A stretch of 64,000 bases of DNA from Eledone cirrhosa (GCA_964016885.1 OZ024749.1:13826001-13890000); one strand, 5' to 3'. Numbered from the stretch's first letter, positions 26,489 to 38,896 are shown. Numbers and translations: made by a program. The notes: generated by a model not told the origin, from the sequence alone.

Positions 26489-26627
26489 AGTAAACGCCAT
26501 CAGTGCTAGAGTAGTGGTATTTGTATTGGTCCTCAGTGGTCAAGATAGAAGACTTATGAAGTGTTGATATGAAGTCAGTGTCCAGAAGAACTTTTGGTAT
26601 GGCAGGTTGCTGTACACTGGCCTGTTG
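26489..26627 (-). CDS. AARS2: AlaRS coding exon 11
   Basis: QQASVQQPAIPKVLLD...TTEDQYKYHY (TDDxxKYxY pattern); cag/gtaagt. Confidence 0.85.
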
Positions 26628-26866
26628 CTGGGGACACACAGACAGGAAAGGGTTAAAGATTAACAACAACAACAATGACAACAGTGGCAACAACAACAAC
26701 AGTAACAACAACAATAGATATAGTTATTTACAACTAAATGTTTTAGTTATTATTTTCATATTCCATGTGTATATATGTCATCACACATCCATTTTCCCAT
26801 GTTGGCACGGGCTAGACCATATATCATCATCATTTAACGTCCCCTTTCCAAGCTAGAAGGGGCTGG

Positions 26867-26926
<60 letters not shown>

Positions 26927-27502
26927 TCATCATTTTTATGTCCTCTTTCAATGTTGGCATGGGCTGTACAGGTTGTCCCAACAGTCCAAGACCAGACATA
27001 TGTTCCATATTTGCCATGGTTTCTGCAGCTGGATGCCCCTTCTTAAGGCCAACTGCCTTACAGGGTATATTTTTCATGACACCAGCATAACTATTTTACA
27101 GAGTGTACTGTGTGCATCTTATCGTGGCACCAAAACTACCACCTTACATAGTGTACTGAGTGTATTTTATCATGATACCAACACTACACCTTACAGACTG
27201 TACTGGGTGTATTTTATCATAGCACCAACACTACCACTTTACAGAGTCTACTGGGAGTATTTTATCATGAGACCAGCACTACGACTTTACAGAGTGTACT
27301 GGGTGCAATTTATCATGATACTGTTCATTTTTTTCCATGTGTGACAGGTGTGTGTAAAGTGTGAATTAGAACATGGCAGTGTATATAGAGAATTATATGT
27401 AATACATAAGGTGTATATTGGTGTATACAGAGGAATGTATGGTGTGTGTGTAATCTGTGTAGAGAGTGTCTCTTGTGTATAACATCATTTCTATAGATTT
27501 AC

Positions 27503-27633
27503 CTGTCGTTTTAAAAACTCTTCTTGAATGTTATCCACATCAACATGATAACCTCTCTCCCCTGCAATATTACACAGGACATCTATCGGAACAGCTCGAC
27601 CAAACCGACCTTCAGCTAACTCTATGATATCCT
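27503..27633 (-). CDS. AARS2: AlaRS coding exon 10
   Basis: EDIIELAEGRFGRAVPIDVLCNIAGERGYHVDVDNIQEEFLKRQ (P-D-...AxERGxxVD pattern); gcag/gtaaat. Confidence 0.85.
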
Positions 27634-27809
27634 CTGCAAATAAAACAAGAAGAATCATTCTGATAAGAGAATCTAAATCTAAATATAAGAAAATGATCAG
27701 TTGAATTTCACAATGAGAAACTTATAAATACACAGTTTTAATTCTAGATGATTCAGTATTTCGTTCAACATGTCATCTACAGAAACAATATGTCTACAGA
27801 TAAAATACA

Positions 27810-28460
27810 CCTACACCTACAGACACAACACATCTACAATACATCTCCAGATACAACACATCTACAGATACAACACATCTACAGTTGTGACACATCTACA
27901 GATACAACACATCTCAAACACATCTACAGACACAACACATCTCCAGATATAACACACATACAGATACAACACATCTCCAGATACAACATACCTACAGATA
28001 CAACCACATCTTTAGATACAACACATCTACAGATACAACACATCTTAAGATGCAACATACCTACAGATACAACACATCTCCAGATACAACACATGTCCAG
28101 ATATAACACGTCTACAGATACAACACATCTGTAGGTACAACACATCTCCAGATACAACACATCTACAGATACAACACACATACAGATACAACACATCTAT
28201 AGATACAACACATCTCCAGATACAACACATCTCCAGATACAACACATCTCCAGATACAAGACATCTCCAGATACAACACATCTCCAGATACAACACATCT
28301 ACAGATACAACACATCTACAGATACAACACATCTCCAGATATAACATATCTACAGATACAACACATCTATAGATACAACACATCTGTAGATACAACACAT
28401 CTCCAGTTACAACACATCTCCAGATACAACACATCTACAGATACAACACATCTACAGATA
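27810..28460. repeat. 17-bp minisatellite (agatacaacacatctcc/ac)n
   Basis: Direct inspection. Confidence 0.92.
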
Positions 28461-28581
28461 CAATATGTCAGTGGAATTCACTGACAAGGCAATGTTCAGC
28501 CTGAGACTGTAATAGAACAGATTCTCACATAACACTATGCAGGAAAATGGAGCCCCAAAAGTTAATAACATATTTACAAAC

Positions 28582-28693
28582 CCTCCGTGAAATGCTGAGA
28601 ACCAAGTTTCTTGAGAAGTCTGTCAAAAGAATAGTAACCATCTTGTAACAATTCCAAGTAATGTCTTTCACTTTGGTCCAGAATCTCTTGGAT
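28582..28693 (-). CDS. AARS2: AlaRS coding exon 9
   Basis: IQEILDQSERHYLELLQDGYYSFDRLLKKLGSQHFTE; tag/gtttgt; phase 1 matches next exon. Confidence 0.82.
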
Positions 28694-28729
28694 CTATCAA
28701 TAAATAAAGGAAGGATTAGTGAAGGGGCT

Positions 28730-28995
28730 TCTACCAATATATTGAGGGAGTTTCTACTAAAATTTGAAGGGTTTTCCACCAAATTACTGAACGTGTTTTA
28801 TCAAGGTACTGAGGGGTTTGACCAAATCATTGAGGAGATTCCTACCATATTACCGAAGGGATTCTTACCAAATTATTGAAGGGATTCCTACCAAATTACT
28901 GAAGGCTTTTCTACCAGATTACTGAAGGGTTTTCTACCAAATTATTGAAGGGTTTTCTACCAAATTATTGAGGGGGTCTTCTGCCAAATTATTAA
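28730..28995. repeat. ~23-bp diverged minisatellite (ctaccaaattactgaagggtttt)
   Basis: Direct inspection. Confidence 0.8.
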
Positions 28996-29276
28996 GTGGT
29001 TTTTATACAATGCTTCATTAATAGAATTAGTTCTGTTTAGTATAGGTGGCCAGTGTGAGGGGCTGTTTGAGTATGTGTGTGTGAGAGTGTATTTGATGTC
29101 TGTGAGAGAGAGAGGGAGAGAGAGCGAGAGTGTATGTGACATCTGTGCTATGTATGTGTGTGTGAGAGAGTGTATATGATGTCTTTGTATAATGTGTGTG
29201 TGAGAGCATATGTAACATTTGTGCTGTATGTGTATGTGTTTACACATATGTAACTAGTTCAACACAGACAACTTAC

Positions 29277-29315
29277 CATTCTTTTATCTTGGAAACATTC
29301 AGGAAAGACATCTTC
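29277..29315 (-). CDS. AARS2: AlaRS coding exon 8 (39 nt)
   Basis: EDVFPECFQDKRM, equivalent to the AlaRS GDAYPEL segment; ttccag/gtaagt. Confidence 0.8.
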
Positions 29316-29542
29316 CTGGAACGATAAAAAATAGTAAATATAGAAATGCTAGAAAAATCTCAACACTGCCTCTTCACTGAAGATCGCAGGCTCAATCATG
29401 CATGTTCACTGAAGTCCCAGGTTCAATCATGCATCTGCACTGAAGATCACAGGTTAAAGCATGCATCTTTACTGAAGATCGCAAGTTAGAACAGCAATGT
29501 AAAATAATTGTTGATTTATGTAGAAATTGGCAAATAACTTAC

Positions 29543-29651
29543 TAATGAGTCAGCAACATCATCAACCAATGATCCTAGGAGTCCAGTGGGTGCATGGAGG
29601 ATAGTATGGGCTTGATGGAAGGCTCGGTGGATGACATGGCGCAGCTTGTGT
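29543..29651 (-). CDS. AARS2: AlaRS coding exon 7
   Basis: Hand translation HKLRHVIHRAFHQAHTILHAPTGLLGSLVDDVADSL; cag/gtaagt, phase consistent. Confidence 0.88.
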
Positions 29652-30123
29652 CTGAGAAAGAAGGAAGATCACAATGGGTCACACAAGGTCATATTGGGTG
29701 ACTCCATGTCACACACATATATCGTATGTTTTAGATAGTTCTATGATAAACTATTTAGTGTAAGAATATGTTTAGTGTTTCGCTAAATATACACACCATT
29801 CATGTAGGCGCATATGTGTAAATGCATGTAGATATAAGCAAATATTCAAATACCTACTCACACCTGTATGTACATACATATAGTTATACAAATACACACA
29901 CAAATATTCAAACATATATACATACATACACACTCATACATGCATACACAAACACATACAAAAATATATACACAGACACTTACATACATACATGCACACA
30001 TCCATCCATCTATACATACATATATAAATATATAGACAGACCCCACAGCAATCAGTGTTGAGATGTACCCCACCATTTTTAGCTGGTCCCATCTCACTAG
30101 GTACAATAAGTTGGGTTACTTAC

Positions 30124-30269
30124 CCTAAACCATCTCTACTAGGTAAAAGACCATCACCTATAGATATAGTGGACATCCTAATATGGTCAGCAACAATGCG
30201 ATAGGCCTCATCCTTGCCTCCAACATCAGCTGCTTCAACTTTTCCTCCATATTGAGAAGAACCAGTTAG
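30124..30269 (-). CDS. AARS2: AlaRS coding exon 6
   Basis: Hand translation LTGSSQYGGKVEAADVGGKDEAYRIVADHIRMSTISIGDGLLPSRDGLG; tag/gtaagt. Confidence 0.93.
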
Positions 30270-30830
30270 CTAGAAAATAGCATAGACACAATCATGTATA
30301 TATGTGAGTTTGTATATCATCATTTTAACATCCACTTTCCAATGGGTTCTTCTCAGTAGGGTATCTCTCATATTTACACACACACACACACACATATATA
30401 TATGTTGTGAAGGCACATCATGGCTGAGTGGTTAGAGAATTTGATTTGCAATTGTGAGGTTGGGATTTCAATTCCCAGACCGGGCAATGTGTTATGTCCT
30501 TGAGCAAGATACTTTATTTAACGTTGCTCCTTTTACCTGGATTTGCAACTGACAGATAGTATTAGCAATTGGATAGACCAATGAAAACACTGTTTCCTCA
30601 ATCCAATTTGATGAGTTCCACCCCACTCGTTAAGCAAATGAGATCTGGGATCTTGTCGATCGACTGTCGACATATATATATATATATTCATACACACACA
30701 TATACATATACAACACAGACACATATATATATATGAAATGATTCAGGACCATATTACCCACTCTACTACCCCAAGTATTGAGTAGTCTGGTGGGTTCTGG
30801 TCCACCTGGTATCTCACCACGCCCTTTCTG

Positions 30831-30861
<31 letters not shown>

Positions 30862-30929
30862 TATATATATATATACACACACACATATATATATACATAT
30901 ATTCACACACACAAGGTAAAATAACTCAC

Positions 30930-31074
30930 CATGTGAATTCTGTGAAATAATCTTTGAAATAAATCTGAGCTGTAATTGTCTTTGGAACCGGTCAGAACTG
31001 CACACAACCTTTCCAACCCCAGTCCAGTGTCTACATGTTGTTTGGGTAACTTCTGCAAACTTTGGTCAGCCATT
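30930..31074 (-). CDS. AARS2: AlaRS coding exon 5
   Basis: LQKLPKQHVDTGLGLERLCAVL...NYSSDLF (motif 3); tag/gtgagt. Confidence 0.95.
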
Positions 31075-31139
31075 CTATCAAAAACAAGGATTGAGCCTAT
31101 AGATTCTTGTAAAGTTAATATCTGTATACAACAACTACA

Positions 31140-31512
31140 ACGGTACGCGATGGGGCCCACCCACAGCCCCGGCGGACAGAATGGAGGTGTTTCCCCGGAG
31201 GAGGGCAAGGGAGATGCGCTGGAAAAGCCACTCCAACTCGCTGGGCTCACACCTGCAGCAGGCCAGCTCAGCGCCTATGCTGGTGAGTAAGGAGGTAGCC
31301 CTGGGGCCGAGGACACCAGAAGTCTCCACTGCCAGGAGTACGACCGCAAACCTGTCGGTGAGCGACCGGTATTTGAGGAGTTTGGCCCCCTCAGCCCGAC
31401 GTGCAGCAGAACCTGGGTCAGTCGCAGACTGCACCGGGTTGCGGCTGCAGAAAGTGTCGGTGCAAGTGGCATCCCAGACAAGGGGTTTGCCACCGCGGAA
31501 CGAGAAGATGGT
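31140..31512 (-). mobile_element. CRE-clade non-LTR retrotransposon C-terminal (restriction-like endonuclease) fragment
   Basis: LVWDATCTDTF...AE..KLLKY...AVETSGVLGP...LFQRISLALLRGN, typical of CRE C-termini. Confidence 0.75.
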
Positions 31513-31759
31513 CCATAAGATATATATATATGTAACTCCAGGTATTTATGTATGTGTGAGACTGTGACTGATACAGTAGGAAAAGACTCAAAGATGGCCA
31601 ACTGAACTTCCCCCACACACACATACAAACACACTCCTATTAATAGTTTTCCAAAAGATAGCAAAACGAACAGACCTGTTTTTTCTAGAAAAATTTTGTT
31701 TTTGTTTCTACCTCTGCTCACTCTCCTCTATCTTTGTATTTCTTTAGTCTCTCATTCTA

Positions 31760-31797
31760 TATTCTGATGAAGGACTATCATCTGAAACGTTAAGACT
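31760..31797 (+). ncRNA. Minimal hammerhead-like motif
   Basis: tt-CTGATGA-agg actatca tct-GAAA-cg-TT-aa; AACGTT palindromic stem III, weak stem I. Confidence 0.55.
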
Positions 31798-31811
31798 TTT
31801 CCAACTATAAT

Positions 31812-31999
31812 AATAATTGTTTCTACATTTGGCACAAGGCCAGCAATTACCCAGTGCATTACTGGTACTTTATTTTATCGACTCCATAAGGATGAAAGAC
31901 AAAGTTGACCTCGGCGGGATTTGAACTCAGAATGGCAAGGGCCATAACTCTATGCATCAAAGCATGACGTCCGACCCTCTACCGATACTGCCAATCCAC
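31812..31999 (-). mobile_element. SINE family A
   Basis: Near full-length copy of the same consensus. Confidence 0.8.
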
Positions 32000-33289
32000 T
32001 ATATTAATAATGGTTTCTAACTAATATACATCTTCAACGAACCTTATCATCTGATATGTTTTCTTTTCACATACATATATACAGACATGTCAACTCTCCC
32101 TGCCCAACAGGGAGATCTACCATCCACTTAGGGGTGGGTGAGAGATGTTTTCTCTAGTGAAAATGGGTATAGCTTTCATTATGTAAAATCTCCCTGTCAT
32201 TATTACCATAACAGAAGTCCGGCGAGCTTTTGATTCCAAAGTCGGTCCCAATCGATGCAGATCGAACTTTGAGCTGATCAATCGCGAAACGTGAGTGACA
32301 CCTCAAAAAATCTAATGAAAATTTAACACCTTGTCGATATATATATATATATATATCGACGAGGTGTTAAATATATATATATATAGGAAAAAGTATGACC
32401 CCGACGGCAGAGCTCAATCCATTTCGACGGCTATTTCTATTGTCTAGAAATAGCCGTCGAAACGGCTTGAGCTCTGCCGTCGGGGGTCATACTTTTTCCT
32501 ATTACCCACTCTACTACCCTAAGTATTGAGTACTCTGGTGCGTTATGGTCCATCTGGTTCCTTACCACAATTCCTTCGTTCACCGAAATATATATAGCAG
32601 TAATAAACGAAGCCAAATTTTAAACATTTGACTTATTTATTTTATTTTATTTTACATTACTCTGGAGTAACCAAACCCACCTGCGCACTTCGTCGAGTGC
32701 TCCAAATCTGCATTCTGAGGTGTTGGTATACAACCAACATATACTCAAATTATATATATATATATATAAAACACCTCGTCGATATATATATATATTTACA
32801 TACACAAATATTAACTGGCCATATACGCACAAACATCAACACATTAATTCACCTCGCTCTGAGAGCAAACAGCTATAATCAATAACGATAACTCTATTCT
32901 GTAAAGTTACTTTAAGTAAATTATTTCAGAGTTACTTCCCTTCTATAACTAACCATCGTTATCGAGAACAGCTAAAGCAGAGCTTTCAAACATTTTACAT
33001 TAGCGAAGAAATACTTATGAAAAATAAAATTATTCTTGACACATTAATTAAGTTTAGTTAGCGATAGGAAATAAATTAAATTAATAAAGAGAAACAATTA
33101 AATATCACCAGTCACGTGACATCAGTCACATGCCACGAGTCACATTTCTAATCGTACATAGAGTTGTCACATCTTAATATATACTTCACTGTCAAATATT
33201 GGTAAACATTGATCTATGTTCCGCTACTACATGTTTATACTACGCTGGTCACATGAAATAACAACGACACAGGTTAATAGTACAGCGAT

Positions 33290-33960
33290 CACATGACACA
33301 ACCAACATGTTGGCCACACGACAACACTAAACTACACTGATCACATGACATAACAACGATGACACGTTAGCCACACTACCACATGTTTAAACCACACTAA
33401 TCACATGACATAACGATGACACATGTTAGCCACACTACCACATGTTTAAACCACACTAATCACATGACATAACGATGACACATGTTAGCCACACTACCAC
33501 ATGTTTAAACCACACTGATCACATGACATAACAACGATGACATGTTAGCCACACTACCACATGTTTAAACCACACTAATCACATGACATAACAATGATGA
33601 CACACGTTAGCCACACTACCACATGTTTAAACCACACTAATCACATGACATAACGATGACACATGTTAGCCACACTACCACATGTTTAAACCACACTGAT
33701 CACATGACATAACAACGATGACATGTTAGCCACACTACCACATGTTTAAACCACACTAATCACATGACATAACAACGATGACACATGTTAGCCACACTAC
33801 CACATGTTTAAACCACACAGATCACGTAAAATAATACATGTTGGCCACACTACATGTTCTGATCACATGACACAACAACAACACATTGGCCACACTTCCA
33901 CATGTTTAAAGTAGACTGATCACATGACACAACAACAACGACAACAACATATGTTGACCA
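33290..33960. repeat. ~59-62-bp minisatellite
   Basis: cacatgacataacgatgacacatgttagccacactaccacatgtttaaaccacactaat. Confidence 0.9.
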
Positions 33961-34114
33961 TATTATTATACACTTCAAGTACACAGATCACATGACATGA
34001 CAAAAACAACAGAGACACATGTTAAAAGTGCACTGATTTACATGACATAACAACAACAGCAACAGCAACAATGCTACATGGTCTGACAAGTATACACACC
34101 ACGGAGCCACGTAC

Positions 34115-34306
34115 CTATTGAACTCCATGAAGACTAGGTTCCATATTTCCACAACATCAGGTGACCCCATGTTAACCATGTGGGCAGTATCTCTATTACC
34201 AATGTGGTCGTAATGGATTTCAGTACAGGGCCCACATGGTCCTGTACTGCCCATCTCCCAGAAATTGTCCTTCACATCAAATGGTAGGATCCTGTTGGTG
34301 GGAATC
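34115..34306 (-). CDS. AARS2: AlaRS coding exon 4
   Basis: [33 protein letters not shown]...[12 protein letters not shown]; cag/gtacgt. Confidence 0.95.
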
Positions 34307-34347
34307 CTGCAAGTTATAGAACAAGAGGGGAATTTAGGGCTGAGGTC

Positions 34348-35080
34348 ACACCACCATCATCATCAACAACATCAGTAGCACCAACACCACCATCATCATC
34401 AACAACATCAGTAGCACCAACACCATCATCATCATCAACAACATCAGTAGCACCAACACTATCATCATCATCAACAACATCAGTAGCACCAACACTATCA
34501 TCATCATCAACAACATCAGTAGCACCAACACCACCATCATCATCAACAACATCAGTAGCACCAACACCATCATCATCATCAACAACATCAGTAGCACCAA
34601 CACTATCATCATCATCAACAACATCAGTAGCACCAACACCATCATCATCATCAACAACATCAGTAGCACCAACACTATCATCATCATCAACAACATCAGT
34701 AGCACCAACACCACCATCATCATCAACAACATCAGTAGCACCAACACCACCATCATCATCAACAACATCAGTAGCACCAACACTATCATCATCATCAACA
34801 ACATCAGTAGCACCAACACCACCATCATCATCAACAGTACCACCACCACCACCATCAACATCACCAACACCAACACCACCATCAGCAGCACCAACACCAC
34901 CATCATCATCAACAGCACCAACACCACCATCAATACCACCACCACCATCAACATCAGCAGCACCAACACCACCATCAGCAGCACCATCACCAACACCACC
35001 ATCAACATCAGCAGCACCAACACCACCATCAACATCAACATCAGCACTGCCATCATCATCATCATCATTATCACTATCAT
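34348..35080. repeat. 36-bp CAT/CAC/CAA-derived minisatellite
   Basis: caccaacaccaccatcatcatcaacaacatcagtag units. Confidence 0.92.
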
Positions 35081-35653
35081 CAACAGATAGATATCTTTCG
35101 ATAGAGAGATAGACAGAGTGAGAACGAGTGACATACAGACAGACAAGCAGACAGACGGACAGACAGATAGATGTAGAGAAAGTGAGAGAGAATGTGATAG
35201 AGATAGATAGATAGATAGAGAGTGAATGAGGAAGATGGATAGATACTATAGAGTGAGTGAGTGAGAGAGAGATAGATAGACAGAGAGATAGCTATAGAGT
35301 GAGAGAGAGAAAGATAGAGAGATAGCTATAGAGTAAGTGAGAGTGAGATAGACAGAGATAGACAGAAAGATAGATATAGAGTGAGTGAGAGTGAGAAAGA
35401 TAGACAAATAGATAGATATAGAGTAAGTGAGGGTAAGAGTGAGTGAGAGTGATATAAATAGATAGAGAGATAGCTATAGAGTGAGTGAGAGTGATATAAA
35501 TAGATAGAGAGATAGCTATAGAGTGAGCTCCCGTCTAACCCATGCTAGCATGGAAAGTGGACGTTAAACGAAGATGATGATGAGTGAGAGTGATATAGAG
35601 AGATAGCTATAGAGTGAGTGAGGGTAAGAGAGAGAGAGTTTGAGTGTTCTTAC

Positions 35654-35799
35654 TTGAGTTGAAGCCAAATCTCTTTAGTTTCCAAGTCTGGTGAGATAGA
35701 AAGATGTTTATTTCCAGAGAAATAAGTGAAATAAAGTCTGTTGAGAGGAATTTGGTAGACTTTGGTTAACAGTTCCAGGGACAGCTGACAGGCTTCTTT
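35654..35799 (-). CDS. AARS2: AlaRS coding exon 3
   Basis: KEACQLSLELLTKVYQIPLNRLYFTYFSG...DLETKEIW; cag/gtaaga, phase 0 to 2. Confidence 0.93.
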
Positions 35800-36342
35800 C
35801 TGGTAGAGAGAGATGGAGAGAGAAGTATTAATATAATGCATCAGAGAGATAGAGAAAGTGAGAGAGAGACAGAGAGAGAAAAAGATTTACATGCGTGGTG
35901 TATATCATAATATATATTAGTAGATAGATAGATAGATATATTACTAGCAAAATTTTCAGGTAACCCTGATGTACAGTTATTACAAATCTAGTTATATATA
36001 AAAAGACCTCCTTCAGTCACAAATAACCTTGGGATTCACACCTAGAAAGTTCCCTCCGAGGCACATGTCTAGGGAAAGTTGTTTCTGGAAGACCAGCAGT
36101 CACCCATGCATACCAGTCTCCCCTTCACTCTCCATGCCACCAATATTGTCCAAGAGAAAGGCAATGGGCCGATACAGCCTGATACCAGTGACGTTGTAAC
36201 TCATTTCTACAGCTGAACAAACTGGAGCAACGTGAAATAAAGTGTCTTGCTCAAGGACACAACACATCACCCGGTCCGAGAATTGAACTCACAACCTCCC
36301 GATTGTAAGCCCAATGCTCTAACTATTAAGCCATATATATAC

Positions 36343-36395
<53 letters not shown>

Positions 36396-36753
36396 TAACG
36401 CCCATTTTTCTACACTAGCATATATATGAGGTGTGGTCAAATTTGGACCTCGAAACATTGAGTAGCACTTTTGTTCTGTGTATGAACATAAATAAATAAT
36501 AATAATATATATATATATATATATATTAATAAAAGGAATTCTAACTTTGTCTGATTTACTCGTTTTATTTACAATCCTTTAAAATTTATAATGGTATTAT
36601 AATGAAATAGTATGGTAGAATATTAAATGTTAAGTGTTAATTGAACAAGTACTTTCATGCTTTCTTAATCTTCAGGTTCATAATGTGTGGTGACAGTCAA
36701 GTTTGCAATTTTCAGCTGTTGAAAATTGCAAACTTGACTGTCACCACACATTA

Positions 36754-36792
36754 TGAACCTGAAGATTGCGAAAGCATGAAAGTACTTGTTCA
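36754..36792 (+). ncRNA. Hammerhead ribozyme (copy of PLE 3' motif) in palindrome arm
   Basis: Identical to 47147-47185. A mirrored minus-strand copy at about 36642-36680 has a mutated stem II. Confidence 0.78.
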
Positions 36793-36990
36793 ATTAACAC
36801 TTGACATTTAATATTCTACCATACTATTTCATTATAATACCATTATAAATTTTAAAGGATTGTAAATAAAACGAGTAAATCAGACAAAGTTTGAATTCCT
36901 TTTATTAATATAATCTTAATTTCATTTTAATTTCATTTTACGTCCGCTTTTCCCTGCTTGCAACTATACACAATCATACACACCCGTATG

Positions 36991-37019
<29 letters not shown>

Positions 37020-37022
<3 letters not shown>

Positions 37023-38140
37023 CAAGCCATGTATAAAGAAACAGTCAGCAAGGTTAGAATTAACAACGAATATAGTGAAGAGTTTAGCGTAAAAGTTGTT
37101 CATCAGGGCTCCTACTTAGCCCCCTACTATTTATTATTGCCCTTCAGGCTATAACAGTGGAGTTCAGGACCGGCTGCCCATGGGAACTCCTATACGCAGA
37201 TGATCTAACGCTCATATGAATCAATGGCCGAACTAGAGAAGAAATTCCAAACATGGAAGCATGGCCTAGAATCAAAAGGCCTTAAAATTAACCTGTCTAA
37301 GATTAAAGTTCTAGTTTGTAGGAAGGAAAATAGGGCACCGGTCCCATCCGGGAAATGGCCATGCTCAGTGTGTAGGAATGGAGTAGGTAGAAACACCATT
37401 TTATGTCCCAAATGCAAAGTATGGGTGCATAAAAGATGTAGTGGGATCACAGGTAAGCTAACTAAGAACATAGATTTTATATGTGGCCGGTGCTCTGGTG
37501 CAATAACTAGCAGCAAGTGACTACAGGATACTAGCTCATTCCATTGCACAGATGGTTCTATAGAAATAGTGGACACCTTCCGTTACTTGGGTGACAAAAT
37601 CAGCAGTGGTGGAGGGTGCTCTGAAAGTACAGTAGCTAGAGTCAGAACTGGATGGAAAAAGTTCAGAAAGCTTATACCACTATTAGCCGCTAAAGGGTTC
37701 TCTCTAAAAATGAAAGGCAGGCTGTATGATGCCTGCATACGAACAGCAATGTTGCATGGCAGTGAGACCTGGGCATTGTGTGCAGAGGATATACACAGAC
37801 TGGAGAGGAACGAAGCTTGCATGCTCCGCTGGATGTGTAATAGTAATATACGTGAACGGCAAAGCATAAACGAACTAAGGGAAAAATTAGAAATAAGAGG
37901 GATCAGATGTTGTTTACTCAAGAGAAGACTACATTGGTATGGTCACGTGATGCGCATGAAAGACGACAGCTGTATAAAAAAGTGCAGGGCAATAAAAATA
38001 GACCATAGCCACAGAGTAGGCAGACCCAGAAAAACCTGGGACGACTTGATAAATTCCGACCTCACACACACCTCTCCAAGACAATATCACTGGACCGAGA
38101 TCTTTGGCGCTACACAGTAATACAGAAGACCCGCCTTACC
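37020..38140 (+). mobile_element. Decayed RTE-clade LINE fragment (related subfamily)
   Basis: GCPWELLYADD, GKWPCSVC..., FRYLGDKISSGGG, RLHWYGH, GRPRKTW with stops and frameshifts. Confidence 0.88.
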
Positions 38141-38267
38141 TAAGTACAAAGTGAAACCTACTACAGTCAGTAGGCACCTTTAACAAAATACACCCCCGTC
38201 CCACTACCCCCACCCCATACACACCACCCCTTTCAATGTAAAGTTATGTTGGTACCACAACATCCAG

Positions 38268-38530
38268 GCCGAAACAAATGAGGTCGTGTAAGTGTCATGA
38301 CAAAAAAACACACAGTCCACGCTGTAATGTGGCCGTGTAGGTAACACGGTAAAAACCTCCCAGTCCACACTGTAAATGTGGTTGGTGTTAGGAAGGGGAT
38401 CCAGCCGTAGAAAACCCGCCAGACAGTCCTATGCGAGCAAGACAACCACTCTTGCCTCAAGTGGGAAAACTCCCGTCCAAACCCATGCTAGCGTGGAAGA
38501 TGGACGTTAAACAATGATGATGATGATGAT
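38268..38530 (+). mobile_element. Short element with RTE-like tail (inverse copy at 2523-2792)
   Basis: About 250 nt near-identical to the reverse complement of 2545-2792; ends ggacgttaaac + (ATG)n, like the RTE tail. Confidence 0.7.
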
Positions 38531-38592
38531 ATATTTGAAGGACTAATTTATTCATATGTAACCCATGTGCAACCACGCAGCACTCAAATTCT

Positions 38593-38628
<36 letters not shown>

Positions 38629-38656
38629 GTATGTATACATGAGTGGAATTTGGTAC

Positions 38657-38845
38657 CTTGAAGTAATCCCCGAAGGACCAGTTACCCATCATCTCAAAGA
38701 AAGTGTGATGATAAAGATCTTTGCCAACATCATTTAAGTCATTGTGTTTACCACCAACACGGATACATCTTTGACTATTGGCTACTTTCTTGTAGTGAGC
38801 CATCTCACTGGGAATGTTACTGTCTTCCAAGAATATTGGTTTGAA
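38657..38845 (-). CDS. AARS2: AlaRS coding exon 2
   Basis: FKPIFL...[42 protein letters not shown] (AlaRS motif 2 region); cag/gt boundaries, 189 nt. Confidence 0.95.
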
Positions 38846-38896
38846 CTGTGGAGTAGAGAGAGAGAGAAAGGGAGAAAGAAATAATGATATTAATCA

